A stretch of DNA of 64,000 nucleotides from Octopus sinensis (taxonomy: Eukaryota). The DNA lies in contig NC_043018.1 in the NCBI RefSeq assembly GCF_006345805.1, forward strand, positions 9,238,001 to 9,302,000, in the 5' to 3' direction. Shown here one piece after another: positions 24,121 through 37,899 of the stretch (the first letter of the stretch is position 1; each line of letters opens with the position of its first letter). The notes under the pieces are model-generated. The model saw only the letters and a list, made by a program, of their open reading frames with translations, was not told the origin of the DNA and made no database searches. The position numbers and the translations under genes were made by a program.

Positions 24121-25543
24121 CAAGTAGTTAGTATGGTTTTATTTATCACTATGTAAATATTTCATTTTGCAATGGTTTCCAACCTAAGAAGCTCTAATAA
24201 GACTGAAACATACCTATTACTGTTATCAGTTGGGCTAAAAAACCACACCCACTCTGTCTCTTGCTTCCAAAAAATTAGATCAATTAACCTTAATGGAGTT
24301 GTCCTCTTTGTTTAGATTTAACACCAAATTTTGTTTAGGTAATTGCAATTTATGGAAGTTATATTAAATGGTAGGGTTCCACTGTACTTTTATATTCATT
24401 ATTCAGCTCATTTCTTTAAGGAATTTTCACCCAGACGTATTGTTTAATAAGTTACGTGAAAAATTACTAACTACAACTGAAATTTAGAACTTATTTGCCA
24501 GCTTATTACATCAATGTATTGGCAAAAGAAATATGACAAATATTTTTCTCTTAATTTTTGGAGAAACTGTAGCAGTAAAGGCCTGACTTAATGGATAGGA
24601 TGTCACATCCAATTGTCAGAATGTGGGTTTTGATTCCTGAAGTGGGGCCGCGTGTTGTGTCCCTCAGCAACATCATATTGCTTTAGTCTCTGAAAATGAA
24701 TACCAGTTGACTGCTGGTGTGTATTTTAATGCATTTTGTGTGTAGTGTATAAAGGTTTGGTAATTTATCGTCTGCGGATTCAAAGAATTCCTATTGTCAG
24801 GAATAATGACTGAAATTTCTTGATTAACAGCATCTAGTAGCCATTGTTAAATAGCCCCACAAATTCATTTTATCCTCATTATTGCTTATAGTGATCTTAA
24901 ATCTCTTACTGGTCCATTGATAGCTTTCATCTTCAAATCTAGTTGAAATATTAAATGCAGATTGGAGCAAACCATAAATGTGAAGATGAACGATCAAATC
25001 GTGTCTCTAACTCATGGTGGTCACTACTGGGTCGGTGACCAAGAATGTTTACATCTGTCCATGACTATACATGGAAATATACTAGTGTGGTACAGCCTAC
25101 ATAGTAATACTTACTTGCTTGATTTTTTTCATTGGTTAAGTTTCTAACATCCCAGTTCACCTAGGACTACAGGGGTAATATAATCGATTTTTTTTTAATA
25201 GCAGTGGAATTTTAAAATTGAGTTGCAGTAGCTTTTAGTATTTAGCTCAATTCCTCCTAAGGAGAGAAAACTAAGTTGCAAACTGAACCTTATCCAGTGG
25301 GTATTGATCCCTCATTTGATCACTTATGGATTAAGCATGATCACAAGTCCTTGATCCTTGGTAGAGATTAACTGTAGAGATCTTTTTCACATCTAAATTT
25401 TTATTGCTTCACACTTCCTCTGGTACACAACTTGTCCATTATTTTTCTGGTGAACATTCTGGAAGGTATCCTGCCGTAAAACATCAATACACCAATTAGA
25501 CAGGTTCCACTGAATATTTACAATAACATTTTATAATGCATTT

Positions 25544-25932
25544 GCAGTATCGCCCGGCGTTGCTCGGGTTTGTAAGGGAAATAACTATATAAGCATTTAT
25601 AGAGATGTAAAGTATAATAGCCATCTCAATATGGCTAACCACAAAGGAGGGAGTGTTACTGTAGCTTTTTACGTTCTGAGATTTAATTTTTTAGAGAGTT
25701 ACTTCCCTTATATATGCCAAAAATGCATTAAAAATGGCAAAAATTGATGGTAAATTTTTTTTTAAATCGTAGACTCATCATAGACGCGCGCTAATACCCA
25801 GAAGGGCTCGATATGAATCACGACTATAAGATACCCAGTTTTGGTTAAATTGCACCGCAAAATGTGGGAGTAGTTAGGAATCTAAATCATAGGAGACAGA
25901 CAGCACACAACCTCTCTTTTATATATAAAGAT
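25544..25932 (-). mobile_element. Non-autonomous Helitron-like element
   Basis: The minus strand starts (A)TCTTTATATATAAAAG and ends with a GC-rich hairpin CCCGAGCAACGCCGGG just before the 3' end. The terminal CTAG is degenerate. Confidence 0.65.
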
Positions 25933-26827
25933 TTGCAGTTGTGTAAATCACATTTGTCATCTGAGGCCTGCATGGTTGTGCTTTGTTACCTGAAGTGGAT
26001 GATGGTGCTGGATTTAATTTTTTGTTTTTGTCATACATTAGGTATCATATCCAGAATGTAGTACATGGTTGATCATGTTCTGCTACAATTTTGTTCTTTG
26101 TAACAGTTTCATTTTCTGATTTTTTTTTAAAGCCTCTTTATTCTTTTACCTTTTTTCTGATGTTCTATCATCTTCGTTAAATCCTATGCTTCAAAAAAAA
26201 AAAAAAAAAAATTTTTAATAAAGATTAAATATTAAGTCCAACATCCATATCATCCTTCTTCCTCTGTTTCTTTTCCTTTAAATCTTTCCAATCATCACTA
26301 AATTCTCCAGGTCCTCTTTTCTCATCCCATGACCAACAACTCTGTTGCTTGGTCTTTATCTCCTGAAGTAGTTTCCTTTTTACTGCATCCCGGTTAGTAG
26401 ATTATTATAACTTGGTACATGTCTTTTCAGTTTGGAAAGTTTCTTCATTCCCCATTTATCTCATAAGTTATGTTGGATGTGATTCATGAACAGTTTCTAT
26501 GGTTTATTGATAATAAATTTAGTTGGATGTATTTACTGTACAAGTTTTGTGTCTATATTCTTTGGTTTGGCCTAAGAAATTTTGTTTAGAAAGTCATTAA
26601 CATCACAAAAGCTTATTGCCTACCCTAAAAATCTAAATCAATGATGTTTCAGGCAACTCAGTTTTATGTCTTTTCAAAAATAATTTTCTTAGTGACCATA
26701 AGGGCTGAAAACATTAAGGACAAATCAAACAAGAGCTGAGATTTACATAAAATTGAATAAAATGTCAGTGATAGGTGCATACTTAGGGTAGATCCATCCA
26801 CTTGTATCATTCTCTCTACATTCATCT

Positions 26828-27345
26828 ATCATCATCATCCTTGTTTAACATCCGCTTTCCATGCTAGCATGGGTTGGACGATTTGACTGAGAACTGGCAA
26901 ACCAGATGACTGCACCAGGCTCCAATCTGATCTGGCAGAGTTTCTACAGCTGGATGCCCTTCCTAACGCCGACCACTCTGAGAGTGTAGCGGGTACTTTT
27001 AAAGTCTCACCGGCACGAGGGCCAGTCTGGCAGTACTGGCAACAGCCACGATCAAAAATGGTGTTTTTTTACATGCCACCTGCACAGGAGTCAGTCCAGC
27101 AGCACTGGCAACGACCTCGCTCGAATGTTTTGTTCATGTGCCACCAGCACAAGTGCCAGTGAGGCGACGCTGACAACAATCACGCTCAAATGGTGCTCTT
27201 TACGTGCCAGACAGCTTCTCTGGCAGTGATCCCGCTTGGATGGAGCTGTTAGCGCTCCACTTGCACAGGTGCCAGTCATCAAATTTGGTTCAATTTCGAT
27301 CTCACTTGCCCCAACGGGGTCTTCGCAAGCAGAGTTTAGTGTCCA
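26828..27345 (-). mobile_element. RTE-X tail-derived repeat with a (GAT)n end
   Basis: Reverse complement of the 6560-6870 tail family; GTGGCATGTAAAAA units. Confidence 0.7.
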
Positions 27346-28067
27346 GAGAAGGGAGGTTGACATGGGTGTCTTTTTACAAATTCGTAAGTGGGGGCAGCAC
27401 CTCACTGTCTACTTTTACTTTCCTTTCCAAGTGGACCTTAAAAGTTGAGGATTTTGACAAAAGGAAAATCTGTCTTCAATCATGTCTACTACCCTTCCCC
27501 TGTCTGGTGGCAAAAGCAAGAGAAGGTCAACTCTCTCCACTCTATGAAGTTTTGTCTTTGGAGCTGCAACATCATCAGTGGGAGGGACTCCTCTCCCTCT
27601 TGTGGAGGCCAGAAAAGTGGCTTACTGCAACACATAAGTTTCTTGTCCCTCTGCTCTCACCCACAACATGCACATCAACTACACTGGGCAAATGGATTAG
27701 ACCTGGGATCTTTTTCACCTCCTCTGATCTCCATGGTGCTGTTGGACCATCCCTTCCACTCAGTTTTGCTTTTACTGTATTGTTTCCATGCAATCCTTTA
27801 GCCTTCAGATTACTGTCTAATGTAAGGCTTTATTCATTGTTTTGTAGTCATTGTTCATTATTTTGCAGCTTTGAGATTACGATGCAGTTGTTTTTTAGAA
27901 TGACATTGTAGGTTAGGCGTGAGAGGCCAAATATAGCCAGTTTGAAGATTTAAGTATATTTAGGCTGGATTTGATTAGTTTAAATGCTAAATGGTTCAAG
28001 TGCTCATAATTTAATTGTATTATTAGATTTGAAAATCAAAATCGATCAACATCAATAGAAATTTTAG

Positions 28068-28395
28068 CTGTGATACCAGTGCCGGTGGCATGTAAGAGAA
28101 TCATCCGAACGTGGCCGTTGCCAGCTCTGCCCCGACTGGCCTTCGTGCTGGTGGCACGTAAAAAGCACCATCCGATCGTGTCCGTTTGCCAGCCTCGTGT
28201 GGCACCTGTGCCGGTGGCATGTAAAAAGTACCCACTACACTCACGGAGTGGTTGGCGTTGGGAAGGACATCCAGCCGCAGAAACATTGCCAGATCAGACT
28301 GGGCTTGGTGCAGCCTTCTGGCTTCCCAGACCCCAGTTGAACCGTCCAACTCATGCTAGCATGGAAAGCGGACGCTAAACGATGATGATGATGAA
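28068..28395 (+). mobile_element. RTE-X tail-derived repeat
   Basis: Three GTGCCGGTGGCAYGTAAAAAG units, GGGCATCCAGCCGYAGAAAC-type motif, (GAT)n end. Confidence 0.75.
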
Positions 28396-28434
28396 TGGAA
28401 TGGAAGGTTTATCTCCTCCCATTATAATTATTTT

Positions 28435-28855
28435 TGTAGTTTCAAGGATCTGAGACACTAAGTTCACAAGCAGAGTACAATTCAATAGCCGGTTATTTAC
28501 AGAGTTCTCGTTCGTGTGGTTCACTCTTAGTGACCATCTTCATAGCAGTGCATGGTTTGTCTTAACTCCGTACACGTGAGGTTCATCACCTCAGGAGATA
28601 AGCATGTGGAGGCAGAGCGGGACAAGTGTCTGCTGTGAGCTGCTGGCTTCGCAGTGTTTCTTGGTGTTGAGTGTGAGAAGAGTGAGACAGAGAATGTTGT
28701 TCTCTTGTTTAAATACTGGGTGCCTGTGAGGGTCTCGTCGTCGTCTCGCACATGGCAAATGGTTGCAGGTGAGATCTCGTTCTTGTCTGGCATATGGCAA
28801 TGGCTACCAGCAAGATCTCGTTCAAAAAGGTGCTGATTTCTTGAGACTCACTACA
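28435..28855 (-). mobile_element. Probable solo LTR
   Basis: TGTAG...CTACA termini; homology to 19338-19748. Confidence 0.55.
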
Positions 28856-29305
28856 GATTTGTCATTTTTTGTTGACATCTTTTGGGTATTTATTTTGAAG
28901 GAAAACATAAAAATTGAAGTTGAAATATAGTGCTGCATATTTCACACAATCTTTTACATGTTTAATAAAATTTTAACAATCTGAGAATGAAAATGGAAAA
29001 TAATTTTTAAAACGGCACATTTACATAACAGACAACCATAATGTAAAATAACTTAGACTTCATGTTCGTTCCAGTAGAGATGTTAATTATCTTATCAAAC
29101 AATAGAATTGGTATTTTCTGCAGGTAATGTTACCTCAAACTTGTGATATCTCAATGGAAAATAGTTTCAAATATGACATACTTCAACAAAAGAAAAATTG
29201 GTACATAGAACTATTTTCATCAGTTAAAGGCAATATAATTCTGAGAGGATATCTGATCTCCATAGTGAAAGGGTTAAGCAAATGGCATTAACATCAATGT
29301 TAAAA

Positions 29306-29538
29306 GGCGGCGAGCAGGCAGAGACGTTAGGACGCCGGGCAAAATGCATAGCCGTATTTTGTCCGCCGCTATGTTCTGAGTTCAAATTCCGCCGGGGTCG
29401 ACTTTGCCTTTCATCCTTTCGGGGTCGATTAAATAAGTACCAGTTACGCACTGGGGTCGTTATAATCGACTTAATCTGTTTGTCTGTCCTTGTTTATCCT
29501 CTCTGTGTTTAAACCCCGTGTGGGTAGTAAACAAATAG
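29306..29538 (+). mobile_element. Family A SINE with an 18-bp TSD
   Basis: GGCATTAACATCAATGTT is present on both sides. Confidence 0.85.
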
Positions 29539-30072
29539 GCATTAACATCAATGTTTTCAATTGAAGTAGGATAATTATTATGAAAGAGGAAGGAGTTAAT
29601 TGATACAACCAGCCCCGTTATTTGACTGCCTTTCATCCCTTTAGGGTCAAGAAAACAAAGTTGATCTTGGCAGAATTTGAACTTGGAACCTAAAGGGCAA
29701 GATGAAACACTACTTGGTATTTTCTCCATGACTCGACTTATACCACTTTCCTCTCCATTAATATTAATAATGTAAGAAAAACTTAGCAACTGATTAAAAA
29801 AAATTCCAGGCATTTTGCTATATTTTTAACACAAATATTAATACAATGTATAATGGCATGTCCCGTGCCGGTGGCACGTAAAAAGCACCATCCAATTGTG
29901 GCCATTGCCAGCCTCGCCTGGCCCCCGTGCCGGTGGCACGTAAAAAGCACCATCTGTCCATGGCCGCTTGCCAGCTCCGTCTGGCACCTGTGCGGGTGGT
30001 ACGTAAAAAGCACCCACTACACTCACGGAGTGGTTGGCGTCAGGAAGGGCATCCAGCCGTAGAAACACTGCC

Positions 30073-33000
30073 AGCTTCCAGACGATTGCTGTCCTGGGCA
30101 AGATAGGGGGTTCCAGACCGGTGATGCAAATTCCAGGTGAGGTCTTACCATAGCTATATAAAGCCGCAGATAGATAGCCGGAAAGCGGTTCACAAAGGAT
30201 TTGGTGAGTGATGCCAAGACACCCTCAGCCTTCTTGACAATTTTGGCGATGTGTTTTGTCCAACGCAAATCACTGTCGACAATAACACCCAGGTCACATT
30301 CACTTGAAGACTTTTTGAGACTAGTGTTGTGGAGGGAGTAGGTGGACGCTGGGTTTCTCCTCCCAAAATGCATGGTGGTACATTTGTCCACAGCCAGCTT
30401 GAGTTGCCAGTCCATGATCCACTGCTGCATTGTGTCCAGGTCTGCTTGCAATAGAGATCCATAGTGTGTAGGATTTGACCTCTTTATTTCGAGGTACAGC
30501 TTGATGTCATCTGCATATTTCAGCACTGTGGCATTCTTTAAGTTGGCATCTATGTCATTAACATATGCAACAAATAAAAGGGGGCCAAGAACAGATCCCT
30601 GCGGCACACCAGATGTCATCTCATAGGGCGAAGAGTGCTGTCCTAGAACTGTGACAACCTCTTTTCGGCCGAAAATAAAGGACTTTAACCAGTTATAGAG
30701 TTCGTCTCTTACACCCAACGCAGAAAGCTTCACCATAAGTCTTTTGTGTGGCACAGAGTTAAAAGCCTTAGCAAAGTCCAGGTAAACAACATCCACCCAG
30801 GATCCGCGATCAGTGATTTGAGTAACATCCTCAAGAAACTCGATGAGTTGATTACAGCAGCTGGAGTTAGGAATAAATCCAAATTGTGACGGCTGGATGA
30901 GGCTGTGAGACTTCCAGAAGTTCCTTCTGATACAGGATTCCATCAGTTTGGCGATGCAGCTGGTAAGACTGACGGGGCGATAGTTGACAGGCGATGTGCG
31001 GTCGCCTTTTTTGAACAGAGGGATGACACTGGCAGTTTTCCACTGTTCTGGAGTAACACCATTGTCAAGACAGAATTGGAAGAATAGAGAAAGTTGGCTT
31101 AGAAGAAAGTACCCACCGCATTTGAGAAGTAGGTATGTAACACCATCGAGACCAGGAGAGGCATAATTGCGTTTATTCTTTAGGTGGCGTTGCAGCATTG
31201 CTGGTGTAAATTGCATAGAAGATATAGAGTCCGATGTCAGTGGTGATGATGATGGAACATTTTGGTCTTCGACAGTAAAGATGCCGGCATAGCATCCAGC
31301 AATGATTTCTGCATATTCTTCGGGATTGCCAGTAATCTGTCCTGTGTGGGGATTGCGAAGGGGACCAACAGGAGAGTGGGGTCTCTGCTTTGAGTGCACA
31401 TACTTCCAGAACCCTTTGCTGTCAGGGTTAGCTGCAATGCGTTGTTCAAATTCAAGCACTGCCTTTTTTGTCACCTGCTTGAGGTGGTTGGCTGACCTAT
31501 TGCGCTTTTTCCTGTTGCTCTCTGATTTGTGCAATTTGTATTCCCATTCAGCATTACGGCGTTCTTTCCTGGCAAGTCGGACTGCTGCAGTCTCCCAAAT
31601 TGCACTATTGGGTGGTTTTTTGTGCTTGCGTGGTACTGATGCTGCACATGCTGCCCATATTGAATTCAGAATGTTCTGGAGTATAGTGTCCACATCTCCA
31701 GAGGCATAAAATTCGCGCCAGTTCGGGCATTGCAGCTCAGTACAATAAGAGCTCCAGTTTGCTTTATTCCAGTCAAAGCGGGCAATCTGAAGATGGTTGT
31801 GTTTTTTGTTACAACCAATCAGAGACAAGTCGGCCATGATCATGGAATGATCAGTCACCCAAAGGTTCTTCGGTAGCGACACTAATGATTGTTTCAGGAG
31901 AAGCAGTAAGTAGCAGATCCAAAGTGTTGTTACCCCTTGTGGGGGAGGTAACAACTTGGGACCAATTCGAATTCAGCACCAGTTCAAGGAAATCGTCTGC
32001 ACTTTGCGGCCAACGGAAGGCCTCCCAGGGAAATTGAAGTCTCCTGCAACATACACATATGTGGCTGTTTTCATGGCAGCCGCCCTTAGGATATCAAAAA
32101 GCTGTGCGTCTTGGCAATAATTTGGAGGACAGTAAACGACTCCGAGCAGAAGTGTTGACATGGTCATGTGTACATTGCAGAAAAATACCTCCTGCTGAGA
32201 TTGGTTCAAATCATCACAGGGGATTGCCGATAGACTTGATCGAACATAAATCATCACACCCCCTCTACAGCGATTAATACGGTCTTTGCGGAACAGGTTG
32301 TAGCCGGCTATGCTGAAAACTCCATCACAGAGTGCAGAGTGTGCCCACGTTTCCATGACTGTGATGAAATCTGGGTTGATACTTTTGACGTAGGAGACAA
32401 AAAGATGCACCTTGTTACATAAACTACGGGCATTCAAGGACAGCAGTTTATATCTGGATTTCAGATGATGATATACAGGGGATGGCTGATTGTTCTTGGT
32501 TAGTTTCCCAAGATTTTTGCATTGCCAGTTGTTGTTGTGGGTGTAGTCTGCTCAGTCCAACTGGCATCCCTTATCCACGACTCACCAGACTTGACGAATT
32601 TCCAGATCTGCCCATCATCGCGGAGGCTAAAACTCTCCCGTGGCACAGAGTTGCGATGTAGGGAAGCCACGTATCTTATCTTTGGGCGTACATCGGGTGG
32701 TAGGCCAGGACGTGTTCTATAGTTGATAATGTTGTCACGCCGAGCTCTGTCAGCAGCCAGATGGAATGTCCGCGCCTCAGTAGAGCCCGTAAACAACAGC
32801 CTGATCAGCCTGGGTTTGAGTTCCGGTCGGCCAAGGCGGGAAGCACTTTTTGGAGGGACACAGCTGAGATCCCTAGCTGTGTTTCCAATGAATGCCTGCA
32901 GATCTGCCACATCTTCCGGCACTCCGATTGCTATTAATTCATGAGTGGCCGGTTCAGCAACTCCCTCGATGCGTTGAGGTTCTGTACGAGCTACAGGTAA

Positions 33001-34160
33001 GTTGCTGAGCAGGGCACTCCTATATGACCCTTCGCTGCGAGTTTTTGGACAGACACTGGTTCTGAGTCCTGCTACCTCGTGGACATTCCATCTGGCTGCT
33101 GACAGAGCTCGGCGTGACAACATTATCAACTATAGAACATGTCCTGGCCTACCACCCGATGTACGCCCAAAGAAATCATTCGTCTAATTTCTGCAACTTC
33201 TGTGCTGATGGTCGATCTCTGTTTTAGTTGGGAAGCATCAGGAGAGGAGGGCATGGTTGGTTTTTGTACCTGCTGATGTACTTCGGCTGGAATGATTAAT
33301 TTTTGTTGTCCAAGAGCAATAGGGGAGGAAGGCATAGGGGGTTTAAGTTTCTGTTTTTGTTGTTCATCAACATGAATGGCCGATTTTTGTTGCTGCTGTT
33401 GAAGAGTGACAGGGGAGGAAGACACGGGCGGATTCAGTTTTTGCTGCTGTTCTTTATCAACAGGGCTGGTTTTGGGAGACAAAGTAGTCGGTTTTTGCTG
33501 TTCAGCAGCAATGGCAGCAGAGGACACGGTTGTCGGGTTTTGTTGCTGTCCAGCAGCAATGGTGGCAGGGGACACACAAGTCGCCACACAAGTCAGGCAA
33601 TGAAACGACCAGTTTGGTAGCCGGACTATTTCCCAGAGTTTATCCATCATAGAAGTATGGTGTCCTTTCTTTTGACCTGGGATCTTCTGAAAGTTTGTGG
33701 CACATTGAAAGCAGATCGAAACACGACAGTTACTGCATTCAACCCATCTATTTCGGAAGGAATTTTCGAGTTTTGTGCATAGATGACAGATGTGATTTGC
33801 CGGGCAACGTTCTATTGTAGGACAGCGACCAGTTTTGTCGCATGGCTCATCCGCGGATGATACCGTGGCAGTTTTGTTCTGTCTGCCCATCCGTACTGTG
33901 GTGCAAGGTAAACAAAGAAAGGAAGAAGAAAAAAAGTGAAGATACAGATAAATGAAATGTTATTATTTGTTGTTGTTATTGCTTTTAGCTGTTTTCGATT
34001 TCCACATTGGTTGGTGTGTTTATAATGCACGCACTTGTTAGGGAAATTCCACACGGTTAAATATCATTTGACGTGGAGGGAGGGCTGAGGGATGTTTTTA
34101 CTGTAAATTCTCTTTTCTCCCAACGCAGAGAAAGAAAGGGATACGGGGAGAAACATCTCG
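30073..34160 (-). mobile_element. Near-complete CR1-clade LINE (5'UTR, PHD-finger ORF1, APE-RT ORF2), 3'-truncated, few disruptions
   Basis: ORF1 33890-32500: CHLC...WVECSNC..ICFQC...FHCLTC, Q/P-rich tandem repeats, RLGR....PRLIRL. APE 32437-31973: NARSL.NK, ETW, GGVMIYV, GDFNFP. RT 31954-30073: SPGLDG, NYRPVSLTS, YLDFAKAF, SGVPQGSVLGP, KYADD, RPHLEFASPVWNP. Confidence 0.93.
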
Positions 34161-34349
34161 GTGTCATCATCAACTTTAAGTTTTAACTTATTTTGAGGGA
34201 AATTCAAATTACTCACAGAAAATAGTAGATCTTCCAGTAATTACAGTTGTTTATCAGTAGTCCTGCTGGGTTGTATTTGTTTTTCTGTGTCTTTGGCCGC
34301 AGTCTATATCTAATTGGTCTTTGGTCTTAGTCTATATGAATAATTATTA

Positions 34350-35300
34350 TTATCGTTATAGTATTATATCTTTCATAATACGTGTTCACGATACAAAAAC
34401 GTAGCTTTCACTGGAATTAAGGCTTTGTCGTTTTTGAGAAGGAAGAATTTTCAGTTGAGTTTTCAGTTGAAAATTGTAAAGTTGGGTTCATGTGTATTCT
34501 GTTCCAACAGCTACTTACTGGTCAGAGCGAGCTGAAACACGTCTTGTTAGTTGGGAAGTCTCTCTCTGTCTATACTTTGGGAAGCTGATCTGTTCCTTAT
34601 GCAGTGTAGTTCTGCCTGAATGATCTCCTTGTCTGGCCTATATGGTTGTCCTTATCCTGAACAATTTATCACATAATTTAAATTTCTAGATGCACAAGTG
34701 AAATTGGCATCAATTGTGAATCTGTGTTCCAAAGCTTCCAGTAGGTTGAGGTATGTTTCACAATTTGGACATCTGCAGTTTTTAACTATTGGTTTTGTTG
34801 TTGGCTATAAGCTTTGCATTTGTCAGTCTTTTTAGTGATTTGGGTTGTTTTTTTTACATTGGATGAATTTGTTTGTAGAATGTGGTTCATCTTTGGATCC
34901 CTAATGAGCATTGGTGGATTTTGAATAACGGTGTTGTATACCTCATTGTATCTAGGGTTGTGTGTCTATATAGGGTATTTTTAGATGGGGTGTAGAATTT
35001 TTTGTTTCCTCCTTAGTGTTTTGGTATTTTCTTGATTTGTTAAATCCCATCCTCTATAAAGGAAAGGATATGATAGTTTCCTGGTTTCACTAATTGTGAC
35101 ATGGAAATTGATGAAAATATTGCGGGAGTGGAGAGTCTCTTGGCTGTTGTTCTGAGGCCTTGAATTTGAAGGTCCTGAGTATTTGGATCAGACACTATTG
35201 TGCAAATCCTTTTCACTAAATTAAAAGGAATATTTCTTGGGTTTTGGTGGCATGAACTAAACATAAAATATTGCTTGGTCCATTGGTTTATAATAGTGGT
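34350..35300 (-). mobile_element. Penelope-like element fragment (RT thumb + GIY-YIG)
   Basis: YLMFSSCHQ..RNIPFNLVKRICTIVSD; NPRYNEVY; NLNYVINCSG.GQPYIGQT. Confidence 0.8.
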
Positions 35301-35499
35301 TTTTATGTGGAATCAGTGACCTTCATGGGCAAGCATTACCAAGCTGGTTTTCGAATATCAATTCTGTTGTGGTGGTGGATGGGTCGTCTTAAGTACAGCC
35401 ACGTACAATATACCTCATTTGTCATTTCCTTTGTAAGGCAAGCATCTTGAGATAAGCCTTCAATATTTTGTCCCATGTCTTTCTGGATCTCCTTCCACG

Positions 35500-36105
35500 T
35501 GTTCCATCCACTTAAAGTGGACAATTTTGTATGCATCTGTCTACATCCATGTGCATCACATGACCAAACCAGTGCAGTCTTCTCTCTTGCACACTACATC
35601 TAATTCTTCTGATGCTCAACTTCTTTATCAATACACTAGCTTCCAATCTTAAATTCTCATGAGCTTCCAGTTGTAAATACCTGTCATGGCATGGGGGACA
35701 ATCATGAATAAGGTGTCTGAGCCTTAGCAAACACTAAATTTGTCACTGTAAGGTAGTTATGTTACAAACAGCACCCCTTCCATTCATCTACCCTTAGCTT
35801 TCTCGGGGTCTATCATATTACAGAGCAAGGTACTCTGTAGAAGGCTTCCTATAGATCAACAAACACCAAGTACAACAGCTTATTCTTAGCTAAATACTTG
35901 CAGTTGTCTATGAAAATAGCATCAGTAGTAATTCTCCGTGGGACAAAACCAAACTACATTTCATCTAGTTTAATTCTGTTCCTAATTAATTGGGATACAA
36001 TTCTCTGCAACTTTTATCACCTGGTCTAGTGATCTGATGCCTCTATAATTACTTGAATCTCAGGCATTGCTTTACCCTTGTAGCAGCTGGCTATGATGCT
36101 GCATA
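35500..36105 (-). mobile_element. RTE-X RT fragments
   Basis: FGFVP...TTDAIF, KYLAKNK.LYLVFVDL.EAF.RVP, RCSVQERRLHWFGHV. Confidence 0.7.
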
Positions 36106-36891
36106 AAAAAGCACTGGTGATGGTGTCGTATAATAAAAAAAAAAAGGCACTGGAACTATATTAAAAGCACCCAGTACACTCTGTAAAGTGGTTGACATTA
36201 GAAAGGGCATCCAGCTGTAGAAACCAAGCTATAACATCCTGTTGAACCTTGTGTGGCACCTGGCTGTGCCACCTCTTGCCAAACTGTCCAACCCATGTCA
36301 GTATGGAAAACATTAAATTATAATATAATGATCCAGTTTATATTCCTTGGGTATGCTCTGTCACTACCATCTTTATCTCCCTTCCAGCTACCCCCAACCA
36401 CTCCTACATAGTGTAGGGTAGCTCCATAACTTCTCTATAACAAGAACCCTTTGCATCTCCCTACATTTTATTTTAGCTTTCACCACCTCACGTAAAGCTC
36501 TCTCTCCCTCTCTCAACTAGGCTCCACAATATATACTGTAAAATGGTTGGCATTATTAGGGAGGGCATCCAACCATAGAAGCTTTGCCAAAGCAAACATT
36601 GGGGCCTGATGCAGCTTTGCAGCTCATCAGACTGTCGAACCCATGCTGGCACAGAAAATAGATGTTAAATGATATATGTGTAACCTTTTTTTTTATTTTT
36701 AGGGTACAAATCCCAATAACTGTGACAGTTTTAGCTTTAAAATTTAAGTGCTGAAATTATTAATCAATTTTGGGTGATCTGTTCCTTTTATTTCTGTGAA
36801 GAAACTATTTTCTAAAGAGTAATTTTATTAGTAAAAAATCATGAAGTACAATTTTAGATTTCAAACAGTTATTTTGTAGTAATGAAGAAAA

Positions 36892-37118
36892 GGCGGTGAG
36901 CTGGCAGAAACGTTAGCACGCCGGGCGAAATGTGTAGCCGTATTTTGTCTGCCATTACGTTCTGAGTTCAAATTCTGCCGAGGTTGACTTTGTCTTTCAT
37001 CCTTTCATGTCGATAAATTAAGGACCAGTTACGCACTGGGGTCGATATAATCGACTTAATCCATTTGTCTTTGTTTGTCCCTTCTGTGTTTAGCCCCTTG
37101 TGGGTAGTAAAGAAATAA
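36892..37118 (+). mobile_element. Family A SINE
   Basis: Homologous to 13403-13636; flanking TAATGAAGAAAA duplication. Confidence 0.85.
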
Positions 37119-37899
37119 ATAATGAAGAAAATTCTCCTCTATTGTAGAGAAGACTGTTTATATTTTACATAAACTGATTTTAACTTGAGAGGATTAATTA
37201 TGGCCAATTTATTCAGTCTCTATATTGTAAAAGATAAAATGCAGACTACATACTGTTATCCCACACAGCAGAAGGCGTCCCTGACTTTCACCACCATCAA
37301 TTGTGCTCTGTTTCCAGCACTTTGCTATTTTGTTGTAATGTTTTCTGTTGAGATATTTTAAATCTATACTCATTTATTTAAATATCAATTTTAGAACTTT
37401 GTTCTTATCCAATAAACCCCATTTTTCTTTTTTGTGATAAATGTTGGTAGTTACATTGCAAAATAAAAATAAATTTGCAATTACCAATATATTTATTAGT
37501 TTTGTGTAATATCCTCGTTAGCAAATGTTTCTATTGGTAGGTGGTTTTATAGTAACGAGAAACCAGTTAATTAGGAGCATTCAAAAAAGTATCCAATTTT
37601 TTTTCTCACCAAAACTAACACTGCTTGGCAAAATTCTTTGGGTGGAAGGTGACTCCACCCTTCCTGCAGATGTGCGAAAACTTCTGCACCAGTAGGCAGC
37701 ATCAGTTCCTGGCTGTTAGACCTTTGAGTATGGAATGTAGTACATGCTTGTCGGATCCTTGTTTGCATGTAACATGACCCAATGCATCGAGCAGACATTG
37801 CACCAACTCTTGCCAAAAGCCTGATGATACTGAAGCTCAAACCACCCATAAGATTCAGCTGGCCTTTGGTGATGATGCCATGGGAAAAATTCAAATCAA

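Noticed and set aside
27204-27911. 235-aa ORF as a host gene
   Set aside because: It runs across an RTE-X tail repeat and other probable repeat fragments, with no domain or splice support.
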